From: an uncultured Clostridia bacterium
GTDB lineage: Bacteria > Acidobacteriota > Aminicenantia > UBA2199
DNA length: 64,000 bases
Reading direction: 5' to 3'
Assembly (NCBI GenBank): GCA_964457225.1
Contig: CAYWEM010000001.1
Span: 317,957-381,956 of the forward strand
This document shows positions 63,897-64,000 of this stretch, in pieces; position 1 is the first letter of the stretch; each line of letters begins with the position of its first letter. The notes under the pieces were generated by a model. That model was not told the DNA's origin, did not search any database, and was given only the letters and a program-made list of their open reading frames with translations. The translations under genes were made by a program, and so were the position numbers.

Positions 63897-64000
63897 CGCA
63901 GCCTGGTGCCGTATTCCACCGACAACCTGATTTCCGAAGCGTGTATTCCTTCCGGGAAGAACACTCCGGAAATCTTGGCCCGGTTGAAGGAAGCTCCTTC
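63875..64000 (-). CDS. 3' end of a probable pentapeptide-repeat protein (truncated by the window)
   Basis: Manual translation EGASFNRAKISGVFFPEGIHASEIRLSVEYGTRLRYARRPA*; overlaps the lpxH 3' end convergently. Confidence 0.5.
   Translation of the reverse strand, partial: EGASFNRAKISGVFFPEGIHASEIRLSVEYGTRLRYARRPA

Noticed and set aside
1-64000. CRISPR array, tRNA/rRNA, IS element, integrase or prophage
   Set aside because: No spaced direct repeats, cloverleafs, transposase/recombinase motifs or phage genes were seen. Intergenic gaps are short and mostly explained by promoters.

Overview
This is a 64 kb chromosomal window from a moderately GC-rich diderm bacterium (TonB receptor, LpxH, C-terminal-Phe barrel), probably an anaerobic peptide fermenter ([FeFe]-hydrogenase, six peptidase families, glycine cleavage). 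It looks Aminicenantes/Acidobacteriota-like, but that assignment is a low-confidence inference. I found no tRNA, rRNA, CRISPR array, transposase or integrase. Housekeeping content: gcvT-H-PA-PB, epsilon-type nifS-nifU, pstSCAB, cobalamin riboswitch-btuB, grx plus an ABC exporter, an ubiA-mgtC-C69-rdgB-apt-HK-ldcA-mpl run, recX, a hybrid HK and RR, tspO, hydB-hydA-hydC, argF-manC-lpxH. The best candidate for an undescribed system is 40798-47017. It is a tightly packed operon with a consensus sigma70 promoter and a possible leaderless uORF. It encodes a cytoplasmic Ser/Thr kinase-TPR, a non-canonical Hsp70 and a membrane-anchored partner. In the Hsp70 the interdomain linker is replaced by a double zinc ribbon, and a third ribbon sits at the C-terminus. 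The partner carries an HPD-less J-like domain, helical repeats, a zinc finger and two TM helices. Other leads: an isochorismatase / CxxC-less TrxB-like / atypical RlmN-like radical SAM operon, a 180-nt 6S-like RNA structure, a Lys/Cys/His-free orphan protein, a PKD protein plus outer-membrane barrel pair, an NTF2-zinc-domain fusion, and two genes (rdgB, recX) without a canonical start codon. All family calls come from motif recognition by eye; no searches were run.
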